64,000 nt of DNA, taken from assembly GCA_963764165.1 (NCBI GenBank), contig CAVXRD010000001.1, forward strand, positions 320,001-384,000, read 5' to 3'. Source of the stretch: an uncultured Verrucomicrobiae bacterium (GTDB taxonomy: Bacteria; Verrucomicrobiota; Verrucomicrobiia; Limisphaerales; Palsa-1400). The notes under the pieces are model-generated. The model saw only the letters and a list, made by a program, of their open reading frames with translations, was not told the DNA's origin and searched no databases. Both the position numbers and the translations under genes were made by a program. Numbering within the stretch: the first letter of the stretch is position 1; the number at the start of each line of letters is the position of its first letter. This document shows positions 63,170-64,000 of this stretch, one piece after another.

Positions 63170-64000
63170 TCACAAGGTCGCGAATATCTTCTCCAAAAAC
63201 AATCGGTTCGCCTTCGCGCTGGCGGTGACTTCATCGAACGTTTTTCCTCCCGCGCATTCCACAAAACTCGGCCCGTTGAATCCGGCTTTTTTCAATACGC
63301 GGTACACACCGGCAAAATCCACTTTCCCCTTCCCGAACTCAATCATGACGTCCTCTTTCTTGCCGCCGCAATCCTTCGCGCAAAATCCTGTGACGTGTTC
63401 GGCAATCGGTTTCAATTCCTCGATGGGATCCTTGCCGGTGTAGTAAATAATATTTCCGGCGTCATACCAGATTTTGAAATTGGGCCGGCCTACCGCCTTG
63501 AGGCAGCGCATGATTTCCTCAGACGCGCCGCTGCCGCCGCCGTGCGGTTTCATCACCAGCTTGATTTTGCGGTCTTGCGCGTAATCGGCAGCCTCTTTCA
63601 TCGCGTAGTAATACTTCTGGTCATCCGCCGCCTTGTCGAAGCCGAAGGTAAGCATCCACTCGATCTTGAACATCGCCGCGTGATCGATCTGCTTCCGAAC
63701 CTGCGCCGCCGCCTCTTCTTTAGCGGCCTCAAAGTTGATGCGAATTGCGCCCATGGTGGCTTCGAGGCCTGAATCGGCGATGCGCTTCTTGAGGCCATCC
63801 AAATAATCCTGGCTCGAATCCGCCGCCAGAAACGACTCGCCGGGCATCGGTGTCAACAAACCGATGGTTGAATATCCAGCTTGTTTGGCTCCATCCAACG
63901 CGGCGTCAAATCCCCAATTCGCCGGCTGCGGCACAGAACGCGGCTGGGTGCCCGAACCGAATTTCTGCATCCATGGCCGATTGAAACATCCGATTGGCCA
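63170..64000 (-). CDS. Sugar phosphate isomerase/epimerase (xylose isomerase-like TIM barrel); 5' end outside the window
   Basis: KPHGG, WYDAGNI, CAKD, FGKGKVDF; frame open to the window edge (WPIGCFNRPW). Confidence 0.8.
   Translation of the reverse strand, partial: WPIGCFNRPWMQKFGSGTQPRSVPQPANWGFDAALDGAKQAGYSTIGLLTPMPGESFLAADSSQDYLDGLKKRIADSGLEATMGAIRINFEAAKEEAAAQVRKQIDHAAMFKIEWMLTFGFDKAADDQKYYYAMKEAADYAQDRKIKLVMKPHGGGSGASEEIMRCLKAVGRPNFKIWYDAGNIIYYTGKDPIEELKPIAEHVTGFCAKDCGGKKEDVMIEFGKGKVDFAGVYRVLKKAGFNGPSFVECAGGKTFDEVTASAKANRLFLEKIFATL

Overview
GC-rich bacterial chromosomal segment, most consistent with Verrucomicrobiota (Pedosphaera-like). The basis is PVC-type families: DUF1549/1553 cytochrome plus DUF1501, TIGR03067, H-X9-DG prepilin, long ECF sigma and GTAFxYQG secreted proteins. 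Housekeeping genes: carB C-terminal half, parB, def, jag-yidC-yidD-rnpA-rpmH, ligA, aspS, tsaD, galE, a Dus enzyme, and Mla/Pqi-type and ABC-2 transporters. They are interleaved with 8 type II toxin-antitoxin loci (mostly damaged) and at least five families of palindromic repeats. Highlights: (1) an IS110 element inserted at a CT core inside a GTAG-type REP, whose left non-coding end reads directly as a bridge RNA with all four guides matching the REP target and the element's own circle junction; (2) a 140-bp MITE nested in the same REP; (3) a 1.7-kb element encoding an unclassified 533-aa protein, lacking terminal inverted repeats, inserted precisely into a ~100-bp hairpin repeat that also delimits neighbouring gene cassettes; (4) displaced, diverged copies of gene 3' ends (carB, antitoxin) bracketing acquired genes; (5) a DCC thiol-oxidoreductase/LMF1 fusion missed by the ORF track, an orphan bufferin-like Cys-rich peptide and apparently widespread leaderless genes. 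All calls are by manual reading; no database search was run.
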